A DNA stretch of 64,000 nucleotides. It comes from a virus. A model generated the notes under the pieces. The model worked only from the letters and a program-made list of their open reading frames with translations, was not told the DNA's origin and searched no databases. Both the position numbers and the translations under genes were made by a program. The stretch is taken from UHGV virus genome UHGV-0113858; one strand, given 5' to 3'. Positions within the stretch are counted from its first letter, which is position 1. The number at the start of each line of letters is the position of its first letter. This document shows positions 55,480-63,079 of this stretch, piece by piece.

Positions 55480-55830
55480 ATGGCAGTAAAACAACAACTT
55501 ACAAAGCGTCGTAGAGGAAAAGGTAGACCCCTTAAAGAAGAGTCTAATGCTATTCAGCTTGAGAAGAATATCCTTGACCTTAAGACCAATATGATTGCTA
55601 TGATTCCTGATGCTCATAAGGTATTGAAAGATCTTATGACAAGTGCCACAACAAAGGACAATATCAGGGAAAATATTGCTCGATTTGTAATTGAGAAAGG
55701 TGAACAAATGCTTTCTGATTACTTCGATGAAGAGAATGAAGAAGCTGAAACAACTAATGTTGATGATAAGAAATCTACTCCTATGAGTAAGCCATTCACA
55801 ACAGATATTGTTCAGTTCAAACAAGGTTAA
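55480..55830 (+). CDS. hypothetical protein (116 aa) with basic N-terminus and acidic C-terminus
   Basis: ORF with GGGG RBS inside the tRNA island. Confidence 0.4.
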   Translation: MAVKQQLTKRRRGKGRPLKEESNAIQLEKNILDLKTNMIAMIPDAHKVLKDLMTSATTKDNIRENIARFVIEKGEQMLSDYFDEENEEAETTNVDDKKSTPMSKPFTTDIVQFKQG

Positions 55831-55832
55831 TT

Positions 55833-55916
55833 GGCTCGTTGGCAGAATGGCTATTGCAGCGGATTGTAAATCCGTGCCCTTCGGGGTTCCTGGTTCGAGT
55901 CCAGGGTGGGCCACCA
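55833..55916 (+). tRNA. tRNA-Tyr (GTA), long variable arm, CCA
   Basis: GCGGA-TTGTAAA-TCCGT, variable GCCC-TTC-GGGG, T CCTGG-TTCGAGT-CCAGG. Confidence 0.6.
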
Positions 55917-55922
55917 ATTAAT

Positions 55923-55998
55923 GGGAGTATAGCTCAGTCAGTAGAGCGCTCGACCGATAATCGAGAGGTCGCAGGAGCAAAGCCTGCTACTCCCACCA
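55923..55998 (+). tRNA. tRNA-Ile (GAT) with non-canonical T loop AGCAAAG and C33
   Basis: acceptor GGGAGTA/TACTCCC, CTCGA-CCGATAA-TCGAG, CCA. Confidence 0.45.
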
Positions 55999-56087
55999 TT
56001 CTCCGTCATAGTACCGCATCCTGACGTTTCGGATTGCATAATCAAGGTACTGGGAACTAGTAAGATACTATGACGGGATCGATTTAA

Positions 56088-56164
56088 AGCGTTATTAGTG
56101 TTAGCGGTCCAGCACTCCGTCCTTCCAAGTCGGAAGCATCGGTTCGAATCCGATATAACGCTCC
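56088..56164 (+). tRNA. tRNA-Gly (TCC), U-U mismatch in anticodon stem, CCA
   Basis: acceptor GCGTTAT/ATAACGC, CCGTC-CTTCCAA-GTCGG, T ATCGG-TTCGAAT-CCGAT. Confidence 0.6.
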
Positions 56165-56247
56165 AAATACGCCCCTAAACTGATGAACGTCTGCGCGGCT
56201 GGAAACACCCACTCAATAGTTCAGATACCCAGGGGCAATAAACAAAT

Positions 56248-56323
56248 GCTCCTATCGGCTAAATGGACAGGCCGTCAGACTTTCAATCTGGAAATCCGAG
56301 TTCGATCCTCGGTGGGAGTACCA
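56248..56323 (+). tRNA. tRNA-Glu (TTC), CCA
   Basis: acceptor GCTCCTA/TGGGAGT (G-U pairs), TCAGA-CTTTCAA-TCTGG, T CCGAG-TTCGATC-CTCGG. Confidence 0.6.
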
Positions 56324-56328
56324 AATAA

Positions 56329-56440
56329 TGGGTATCTAAGGCGAATTGGAAAACGCCCGGTGAAGTGGGTGCGCACCTTGTAGCTCACTGGCATACTTGC
56401 TGAGGTTCGTTCGAATCGGACTGATGCCCACCAAACAATG
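56329..56440 (+). tRNA. 112-nt tRNA-like RNA (second long element): acceptor, D and T arms plus CCA with ~37 extra nt centrally
   Basis: acceptor GGGTATC/GATGCCC, D GGCG/CGCC, T GTTCG-TTCGAAT-CGGAC. Confidence 0.35.
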
Positions 56441-56444
56441 TGCG

Positions 56445-56520
56445 GGTAACTTAATTGCTCCGGGAGCAAGCTGGTCTCCAAAGCCAGTCGTAAGGGGTTC
56501 GACTCCTCACCTTCATGCCA
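56445..56520 (+). tRNA. tRNA-like/pseudo-tRNA with Trp (CCA) anticodon arm and T arm but no acceptor pairing
   Basis: CTGGT-CTCCAAA-GCCAG; preceded by hairpin TTGCTC-CGG-GAGCAA; T-like AGGGG-TTCGACT-CCTCA; ends ...GCCA. Confidence 0.3.
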
Positions 56521-56675
56521 GATAATGGGGGCGACCGGATGTTGAAAATGACTATGATCTACCGCTGCAACGGGAAATCTTGTCGGTCATAAGTAAGCAT
56601 GGCGGCAACAAAATAAGCTGAGGATTGCAGTCCGATACTTAGCCTGGCTCGGTTTCAGGCGCCCTCACCGATTGT

Positions 56676-56751
56676 AGGGAGATGGTGTAATAGGTTAGCA
56701 CACGGGTCTTTGAAATCCGTAGTTCAGGTTCAAGTCCTGATCTCCCTGCCA
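56676..56751 (+). tRNA. tRNA-Gln (TTG), CCA
   Basis: acceptor AGGGAGA/TCTCCCT, CGGGT-CTTTGAA-ATCCG, T TCAGG-TTCAAGT-CCTGA. Confidence 0.7.
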
Positions 56752-56945
56752 AGTTTGAGTGTTTTCTTTTGAGAATACTCATGCGTGGCCTAAGCATTTA
56801 TCAGATGATGTTCAACCTGTGACGTTGAGGAAGTGGGAGCGATACCCACAGGTCACCCCAATTTGCAGATACGTGATTATCTCTATCTTCCCACGTCATG
56901 TGTTCTAGTCGAGATTTTCGTTTGTACGATATCTGCCGCGAATTT

Positions 56946-57036
56946 GGTGGAATGGTCGAGAGGTTTAAGACAGCACCTTGGAAAGGTGTAGGCCCCCAAA
57001 AGGGGTCCGTAGGTTCGAATCCTACTTCCACCGCCA
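56946..57036 (+). tRNA. tRNA-Ser (GGA), long variable arm, CCA
   Basis: acceptor GGTGGAA/TTCCACC, GCACC-TTGGAAA-GGTGT, variable GGCCCC-CAAAA-GGGGTC, T GTAGG-TTCGAAT-CCTAC. Confidence 0.65.
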
Positions 57037-57197
57037 CTTTATGGAGGATTTATGCAGAAACTTTTGCGTTGCAAGAAAGTGTTTGGACGCTGTAGGCTCC
57101 ACGGTAGTAACTGTGGTGTTGCAGAAGAAATTCAATCCGTCCCTATTACTCGTGCGAAAGAAAAAGCAGATCTTCGTAAAGAAATTAAAGAACAATT

Positions 57198-57291
57198 GGA
57201 AGATTAACCCTAATCAGGTAAGGGATCTCTTTGCTAAAGAGACAGTAGCTCCGAAAGGGGTGTGCGAGTTCAAGTCTTGCATCTTCCACCA
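57198..57291 (+). tRNA. tRNA-Ser (GCT), long variable arm, CCA
   Basis: acceptor GGAAGAT/ATCTTCC, TCTCT-TTGCTAA-AGAGA, T GCGAG-TTCAAGT-CTTGC. Confidence 0.65.
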
Positions 57292-57315
57292 AAACAACAA
57301 GGAGGAACAAATCGA

Positions 57316-57762
57316 ATGGCGACGAAAACTGTTTTGAAAACAGCCGAGCATGATGAGTGCCTTGGGAGTTCAACTCTCCCTTCCTCCGCCAAATATTGCA
57401 ATGGGTGCGCAACAACGTATCCAATAAGCGAGTTCTACACGATAGGTAAGTACAAAGACAAAATGAAATATAAACCTTTGTGCAAACGTTGTGAGAATAA
57501 ACGCAGAAAAGAAAGGAATCTTGAGATAATCAAGGAAGTGTTTGGAGAAAATCTCTGCTGCTCATCTTGTGGATATGACAAGTGCTTTGCTGCTCTTGAC
57601 TTCCATCATGTAGATGCAGAATCGAAAGACTTCAATATCGCTAAGATGCTACTTGGGACGCCAGCAAAAGAGAAGCTGGCAGCAGAATTGAAGAAGTGTA
57701 TGATTCTTTGTGCGAATTGTCACAGGGAGCACCACGCAGAAGAAAGATTATCGGGTAGGTAG
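57316..57762 (+). CDS. HNH homing endonuclease inside the tRNA island
   Basis: AAGGAGG RBS before MATKTVLK; DFHHVD...N...CANCHREHH HNH core. Confidence 0.55.
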   Translation: MATKTVLKTAEHDECLGSSTLPSSAKYCNGCATTYPISEFYTIGKYKDKMKYKPLCKRCENKRRKERNLEIIKEVFGENLCCSSCGYDKCFAALDFHHVDAESKDFNIAKMLLGTPAKEKLAAELKKCMILCANCHREHHAEERLSGR

Positions 57763-57828
57763 CCGAGCGGTCAGGCATTCGCCTTTTAAGCGAAGAGACG
57801 ATGGGTTCAAATCCCTCCCTTCCCACCA
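57753..57828 (+). tRNA. tRNA-Lys (TTT)-like, weak T stem, CCA
   Basis: acceptor GGGTAGG/CCTTCCC (one mismatch), D GCC-GAGCGGTCA-GGC, TTCGC-CTTTTAA-GCGAA. Confidence 0.45.
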
Positions 57829-57888
57829 AATTGAATCGGTTAAAATAATTCTTGCAAAAGGTTGTTTTCACTGGTAAAGTATTAAAAT

Positions 57889-57973
57889 GACGAGCTGGTT
57901 CATTGGTAGAACGGCGGACTGTTAATCCGCGAGCATTAGCTCTATGTAGGTTCAATTCCTACGCTCGTCGCCA
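57889..57973 (+). tRNA. tRNA with Asn (GTT) anticodon and an unusual 15-nt variable arm, CCA
   Basis: acceptor GACGAGC/GCTCGTC, GCGGA-CTGTTAA-TCCGC, variable GAGC-ATTA-GCTC-TAT, T GTAGG-TTCAATT-CCTAC. Confidence 0.5.
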
Positions 57974-57980
57974 AATTTAT

Positions 57981-58057
57981 GGGGGCGTGGCAGACTTGGT
58001 AATTGTACCGCACTGTCTATGCGGAATATGAGGGTTCGAATCCCTTCGCTCTCGCCA
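57981..58057 (+). tRNA. tRNA-Asp (GTC), CCA
   Basis: acceptor GGGGGCG/CGCTCTC (G-U), CCGCA-CTGTCTA-TGCGG, T GAGGG-TTCGAAT-CCCTT. Confidence 0.6.
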
Positions 58058-58236
58058 ATTTGATATGTTGATGTAAATTGCCGGAAGGCACTCAAAATGA
58101 GTTCGACGTATCAAACCAAAGTAAACTGTGGAACAATCTTCAGGACATCCATTAACGGACCCTGCAACCCACAGTAATGAATTAGCTAGCCAGCAATACC
58201 AGTTGTAAGATCTGGGACAATTAAAACTTTCACCCT

Positions 58237-58314
58237 CTCTCCTTAGCGCAGTCTGGTCAGCGTGGGTGCTTTGGATGCATCGGGTCCCAGGTTCGAATCC
58301 TGGAGGGGAGACCA
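58237..58314 (+). tRNA. tRNA-Pro (TGG), CCA
   Basis: acceptor CTCTCCT/AGGGGAG, GGTGC-TTTGGAT-GCATC, T CCAGG-TTCGAAT-CCTGG. Confidence 0.65.
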
Positions 58315-58361
58315 ATTTTTAGTGTTAGCAAGCCAGAGATGGCAAACCACAGGAGAAGCTA

Positions 58362-58556
58362 ATGTTAACAGTTAAAATAATGTCACCAAACGGTGGTGAA
58401 GAGATCCATGATGGTATGAGTGTTGGTTTTAATCCAGCCCAGAAAAGTATTTCCATCTCTGGTCTTGATAAGAATATCTTCCTCAAAGAGGATGAGGTAG
58501 CATACGTGATGAATCAGAATGGTAAAACTGTCTCGGTTTATTACGGTAAAAATTAA
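58362..58556 (+). CDS. small hypothetical protein (64 aa)
   Basis: CAGGAGAAG RBS; between tRNA-Pro and tRNA-Arg. Confidence 0.4.
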   Translation: MLTVKIMSPNGGEEIHDGMSVGFNPAQKSISISGLDKNIFLKEDEVAYVMNQNGKTVSVYYGKN

Positions 58557-58557
58557 T

Positions 58558-58630
58558 GTGGGTGTCCTGACGGACAGGCAACGGTCTACGAAGCCGTTTG
58601 ATGTAGGTTCGAGTCCTTCCATCCACACCA
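58558..58630 (+). tRNA. tRNA-Arg (ACG), compact D arm, CCA
   Basis: acceptor GTGGGTG/CATCCAC, ACGGT-CTACGAA-GCCGT, T GTAGG-TTCGAGT-CCTTC. Confidence 0.55.
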
Positions 58631-58877
58631 TATTTGCTCTCCTGTAGAGACCTTAGGGCTTGCAGGATTTACGTGTGGCGTAACAGAGCAAACTAATAAA
58701 GAGGAAGCCCGACTCGGTGTACAACGATACGGCAAAGTCTTCGGCTGTTGATAGGTTCGCAATGCGTCCTCGGACGGTAACGATTATCAGAACGGAGCAA
58801 GGATTGATGAATATATTGCCTATAACTGTTCATCATGGTAACTGTCCGAGGGTGGCATTCTCCCGAAGGATCGATTA

Positions 58878-58962
58878 GGGCAAGTGGCGGAATTGGTAGA
58901 CGCACCAGATTTAGGTTCTGGCGTCCTATGGCGTGAGAGTTCGAGTCTCTCCTTGCCCACCA
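58878..58962 (+). tRNA. tRNA-Leu (TAG), long variable arm, CCA
   Basis: acceptor GGGCAAG/CTTGCCC, CCAGA-TTTAGGT-TCTGG, T GAGAG-TTCGAGT-CTCTC. Confidence 0.65.
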
Positions 58963-58968
58963 CATATT

Positions 58969-59045
58969 GGGTCGGTAGCTCAGTTTGGTAGAGCACTTGA
59001 TTGAAGATCATGGTGTCGGTGGTTCGAATCCACCCCGTCCCGCCA
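58969..59045 (+). tRNA. tRNA-Phe (GAA), U-U mismatch in anticodon stem, CCA
   Basis: acceptor GGGTCGG/CCGTCCC, CTTGA-TTGAAGA-TCATG, T GGTGG-TTCGAAT-CCACC. Confidence 0.65.
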
Positions 59046-59051
59046 AACAAT

Positions 59052-59130
59052 TGCGTGTTAGTGAAACGGATATATAGATCACGTTGGCCTCATAAGCCGA
59101 AAATTGTGGGTTCGACTCCCATCCACGCAT
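59052..59130 (+). tRNA. third CAT-anticodon tRNA (Met/initiator/Ile2 candidate) with long D loop, no encoded CCA
   Basis: acceptor TGCGTGT/CCACGCA (7-66 mismatch), TTGGC-CTCATAA-GCCGA, T GTGGG-TTCGACT-CCCAT. Confidence 0.45.
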
Positions 59131-59262
59131 CTAAAATTCAAAGTGGACACTAAGGAAGGTTTCGGCTGTGGAAACGGTTAGACACCCTCGACGAGTAAAA
59201 TCCCTTCGCCACTTTTCTTATTCTAATAACAATAAATTCTTATATCTCCTCTCCTTTGCCTC

Positions 59263-59290
59263 GCCCCGCTCTTGCGGGGCTTTTCTTTTT
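59263..59290 (+). terminator. rho-independent terminator closing the tRNA island
   Basis: GCCCCGC-TCTT-GCGGGGC then TTTTCTTTTT. Confidence 0.8.
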
Positions 59291-59329
59291 CTGGTACACT
59301 CTAAAAGTAACTTACTAAAGGAGACCAGA

Positions 59330-60787
59330 ATGATCCACACTTACGAGAAGAATGAGCATCTTCGAGAATACCGTTTACTAAAAAGTTTTTTCTCTGAGGA
59401 TATTTACCATATCCTTCGTAGCCTCGATGTTATAATCGCAGGTGGCGCTATCACGGCTCTCTTTACCAACCGGGAAGTTAATGATCTCGACCTGTACTTC
59501 CGTTCATGGGATGACTTGGAGATCTTCATTACTTACATGATGGATATAGACCTACGAAAAGGTGAACATGACCTGTCACCTAAAACGATGGGATACAATG
59601 AAGAGAAACGTGTTTATCGTGATTTCTTCATTTTAGACAATGGGAAAGAGGTATGGGAATCCCGTGCGCCAAGATTCAAGGTTCTTTCTCAGAAAGTGTC
59701 TAAGCAAGAGATCTTGGAGATGGAAGATAAGTTTGCCAGTGACTGCCCTTTTGATCTGTCTGATATCTCTGAATCAACTTGGGATGGTATTGAAAAACTG
59801 CTCGAAAGTAGAAAGAAGAAAGTCTCATATGTTCGTAATATCGGCATGACAGACAAAAGCATTATGTTTTCAGATGGTTCTAATCCGGTGATGCAATGCA
59901 TTGCATTCTCGGTATTTGAGAACGCTGGGCAGATCTTTGATAAGTTTGACTATACCATCAACATGGGTGCCTTCTCATTTGGTGATGAAACATGGGTGTT
60001 TGATAGTCGTTTCCTTAAACATGCTGCACAAAAAGTGTTGGTGCTTAATCCGGCTACAGATTACCCAATTATCAGTATGCTCCGAGCATCCAAGTATGAG
60101 GCCCGTGGGTATACAATCTCCCGTCGGGAAACAATGAAGTTGGGTGTTGCCGTCGCAAGTCTCAAAATGGAAAGCTGGGAAGATGCCAAAAAGCATCTTA
60201 GCGGTATGTACGGGACAAACGTTGAAGAACTCTTCGATACAAAAGAGCCGTTTTCATTTGAGGGATTATTTGATAAACTGGATAATGCAGGTGATATTGC
60301 TATCAGCACGATTGCCACTATCACCGACAAGCGTAAAGGCCAACGGCGTTTTAATCTCGAAGCTAAAGATATCTTCAATGTTTTCCAACGCCTGCGTAAA
60401 AACACCGATCGCCTGTATTTCAAGGAATTCTGGGCTGTATCTAGTGCTGTGCATTTTTACATGATGCAGGCGCATACCGAAAAACACGTATTCGGTCTTA
60501 ACAGCAATAGCATCGACAATCCAGAGATGCTAGATAAGATCAGGATTTATTTTGATCTTGATGCTGCACAAGAGAGGTACAAGCTCTTATGCAAGAATGG
60601 GGTTCAGGGCAGTTGGCACGCAGGAGCGATAGAACCTGGAGCTTGCCTCTTTAAAGTTGACGTGGAAGACCCACTTGCCCTTGAATACGAGGGTGATGGT
60701 AGAGTATCTGTAAACCGAGAAGATAAAGCGCCTCGAAATAAAGTGACCATTGTTGAATTATTAGATTGTGATGGGGATCTCTCATGA
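59330..60787 (+). CDS. nucleotidyltransferase-fold protein (485 aa) with CCA/poly(A)-polymerase-like head motif
   Basis: AAAGGAGA RBS; IIAGGAITALFTNREVNDLDLYF parallels GGAVRDxLLGxxxxDxDxx; ORF-track N-terminal extension crosses the terminator so start set at 59330. Confidence 0.45.
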   Translation: MIHTYEKNEHLREYRLLKSFFSEDIYHILRSLDVIIAGGAITALFTNREVNDLDLYFRSWDDLEIFITYMMDIDLRKGEHDLSPKTMGYNEEKRVYRDFFILDNGKEVWESRAPRFKVLSQKVSKQEILEMEDKFASDCPFDLSDISESTWDGIEKLLESRKKKVSYVRNIGMTDKSIMFSDGSNPVMQCIAFSVFENAGQIFDKFDYTINMGAFSFGDETWVFDSRFLKHAAQKVLVLNPATDYPIISMLRASKYEARGYTISRRETMKLGVAVASLKMESWEDAKKHLSGMYGTNVEELFDTKEPFSFEGLFDKLDNAGDIAISTIATITDKRKGQRRFNLEAKDIFNVFQRLRKNTDRLYFKEFWAVSSAVHFYMMQAHTEKHVFGLNSNSIDNPEMLDKIRIYFDLDAAQERYKLLCKNGVQGSWHAGAIEPGACLFKVDVEDPLALEYEGDGRVSVNREDKAPRNKVTIVELLDCDGDLS

Positions 60788-61188
60788 TGGATTTTATCAG
60801 TATGGTTTTGACCTTTATCAAGGGACATACCAAACTGGTTATCATTGCTGTCCTTTCTCTGGCGCTCCTGTGGGGCGCTTTTGAAGTTAAGGGGTGGTAT
60901 GATTACCAAATACAGCAGGCCTATAGCCGTGGAGTTAATGATACGGATAACAAATGGGATCTGCAAATGAGAAACAACAAAGATGCAAATCAAGATTTTA
61001 AAAATGGGCAGCAAGACTTTTCGGATGAACTAAGTCGTCAGCTTGCAGAAGAGAAAGCTAAGAATGAACTGCTTAGGTCTCGCCTCGATGAAAAACAAGA
61101 GGCATATAACAAATCTGAAGCAGGTAAAAAGTTTGGGCTGGATAACGATTTTGTTGATATCTATAATGAAAGCTTGGGGGTTAAATGA
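60784..61188 (+). CDS. i-spanin (Rz-like; N-terminal TM anchor plus coiled coil)
   Basis: type II membrane topology, Q/E/K-rich periplasmic coiled coil; start overlaps upstream stop. Confidence 0.5.
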   Translation: MMDFISMVLTFIKGHTKLVIIAVLSLALLWGAFEVKGWYDYQIQQAYSRGVNDTDNKWDLQMRNNKDANQDFKNGQQDFSDELSRQLAEEKAKNELLRSRLDEKQEAYNKSEAGKKFGLDNDFVDIYNESLGVK

Positions 61189-61475
61189 GAAAGAGTTTGC
61201 TTGCCATATTCCTCTCTGTAATCATGCTGGTTGGATGCGAATCACCACAGAAGGTAGTTCCCGTGGTTGAAAAGTTTAATCCCTCTGAAGTGCTTTCTAA
61301 GCCTCCTGCTCACGCAATGATTCCCCCTTCAGACCCAACACCACTCCCCTACGGTGCTGATAACGCTAAAAACATTGCGATTGTTAAGAAAAATAATCTC
61401 GAAGCAGCAGATACACGTAGCAAGTTGCTTATCCTTCAGGCATACATTCGTAACATATTTACACCTCAAAAGTAA
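61185..61475 (+). CDS. o-spanin (Rz1-like outer-membrane lipoprotein)
   Basis: lipobox LVGC, Pro-rich; overlaps i-spanin stop by 4 nt. Confidence 0.55.
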   Translation: MRKSLLAIFLSVIMLVGCESPQKVVPVVEKFNPSEVLSKPPAHAMIPPSDPTPLPYGADNAKNIAIVKKNNLEAADTRSKLLILQAYIRNIFTPQK

Positions 61476-61483
61476 TTGACAAG

Positions 61484-61514
61484 GCCCTTATTTCGTGATA
61501 AGGGCTTTATTTTT
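61484..61514 (+). terminator. rho-independent terminator
   Basis: GCCCTTAT-TTCGTG-ATAAGGGC then TTTATTTTT. Confidence 0.75.
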
Positions 61515-61564
61515 ATGATCTTTCGTGGTAAAATCCTCCTATAGCATATAATAATGGAGGTCCT

Positions 61565-63064
61565 TTGAGTAAGACTTTTGGACCCGCCAGCCCTAAGCAG
61601 AAAATGATCCTGGAAAATAAGGCGCAAATCCTGATCATTGGGGGCGCTGCGGGATCAGGTAAATCTTACCTGTTGCAACTTATGCCCTTAGCCTTAATAG
61701 ATGACCCTCGATCAAACTGTATCATGTTCCGAAGACTTACACCGCAGATTGTCGGTGCGGGTGGTTTGTATGAAACAGCTCGTGGTATCTATAGTGAATT
61801 GTCGCCTGAGTGGAAGCCGCGATTCCGAGAAAAAGACCTGAAGGCTATCTTTCCTTCTGGTGCAAAAGTTAAATGGTCGCACATGGAATATGAGAAAGAC
61901 AAGCTTTCTCATCAAGGTCTTCAGTATACTTTTGTAGGGTTTGACGAAGGTACACAGTTTGAATGGACGCAGATTGAGTATCTGATGTCTCGTTTACGTT
62001 CTGAATCGAAATACCCCAGTCGTATGGTCATTTCTTGTAACCCGGACCCAGATCATAAGATTAAAGAGTTGATCGATTGGTATCTCGATGAGGATGGTTA
62101 TCCTATTCCAGAACGTGACGGGGTTATCCGTTGGTTCATCCGCCGTGATGGTGATTTCGTTTGGGGTGACAGTGCAGAAGAATTGATTGAACGATACTGG
62201 GATGGTGAAGATATTCACAAGAAGCCTAAACCGCTCTCCTTCTCATTCATCAGTGCAACAATTTTCGATAATCCGCCAATGCTGGAAAACAACCCTGATT
62301 ATCTTGCATTCCTTGAAGGTCTTCCTGAAGTTGAAAAAGCACAGCTGTTGTATGGTAACTGGAAGGTTCGCCCAGAAGGTGCAAACTATTTCCAAAGGTC
62401 TTTCTTGAAAGAAGTCGCGACGCTACCTTTAGGCTGTACTTCTGTAAGACCATACGACAAGGCGGGAACTGAACGCTCAACAGGCAACAAGTTCCCTGAT
62501 TTTACTGCATCGGTCAAGGTAAGTAAAGATACCGAGGGATTCTATTATCTTTCTGGTGACTATCACCCAGATTTTGTTGATGATGGTCCTTATTCTACCG
62601 GGACGCAGGGCCGCTTCTGTAAGAAAGCTGGCGAACGTGATGCAATTATCAAAAAACAAGCAGAACATGATGGCGATGATGTAACGATTATTTTCTCAGT
62701 TGACCCAGGCCAAGCCGGTATAAGCGAATTCCTCACCAGCTCAAGAGCATTGCTCGCGGATGGTTATGTGGTTGAGAAAGACCCTACGCCAGGCAACAAG
62801 TCGAAACTTACTCGTTTTGCACCATTTGCCCAGCTTGCACAGCAAGGCTTTGTCCGTATTGTACGTAGTAGTTTTGATGCAAAGACATATGAAGCCCTCA
62901 TGAATGAACTTGAGAAATTTAATGGCGAGCGAAGCACCGTGTCCCGTAAGGACGATTGGGTTGACGCCATCTCTTCAGGTATTAACTTCCTGGAGAAAAC
63001 GGAGATCATCAGACCTGTCGTAATCCCAAGGATTGTTGCTCCGACTATGTATACACGATTATAA
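61565..63064 (+). CDS. terL: terminase large subunit
   Basis: Walker A ILIIGGAAGSGKSY near N-terminus; 499 aa; GGAGG RBS with TTG start. Confidence 0.8.
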   Translation: MSKTFGPASPKQKMILENKAQILIIGGAAGSGKSYLLQLMPLALIDDPRSNCIMFRRLTPQIVGAGGLYETARGIYSELSPEWKPRFREKDLKAIFPSGAKVKWSHMEYEKDKLSHQGLQYTFVGFDEGTQFEWTQIEYLMSRLRSESKYPSRMVISCNPDPDHKIKELIDWYLDEDGYPIPERDGVIRWFIRRDGDFVWGDSAEELIERYWDGEDIHKKPKPLSFSFISATIFDNPPMLENNPDYLAFLEGLPEVEKAQLLYGNWKVRPEGANYFQRSFLKEVATLPLGCTSVRPYDKAGTERSTGNKFPDFTASVKVSKDTEGFYYLSGDYHPDFVDDGPYSTGTQGRFCKKAGERDAIIKKQAEHDGDDVTIIFSVDPGQAGISEFLTSSRALLADGYVVEKDPTPGNKSKLTRFAPFAQLAQQGFVRIVRSSFDAKTYEALMNELEKFNGERSTVSRKDDWVDAISSGINFLEKTEIIRPVVIPRIVAPTMYTRL

Positions 63065-63079
63065 TAGAGGGGATGACTC

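Noticed and set aside
54889-58965. Numerous 60-150-aa minus-strand ORFs inside the tRNA island (54889, 55156, 55462, 56275, 56801, 57185, 57641, 57977, 58383, 58693, 58820)
   Set aside because: They run antisense across tRNA genes; their stretches rich in Gly, Pro and Arg (often followed by Glu) are reverse-complement translations of T-loop/acceptor sequences (GGTTCGAATCC)
59168-59329. N-terminal 54-codon extension of the 539-aa ORF in the six-frame track
   Set aside because: The extension crosses the strong terminator at 59263-59290 and has no RBS, whereas ATG 59330 is preceded by AAAGGAGA; start moved to 59330
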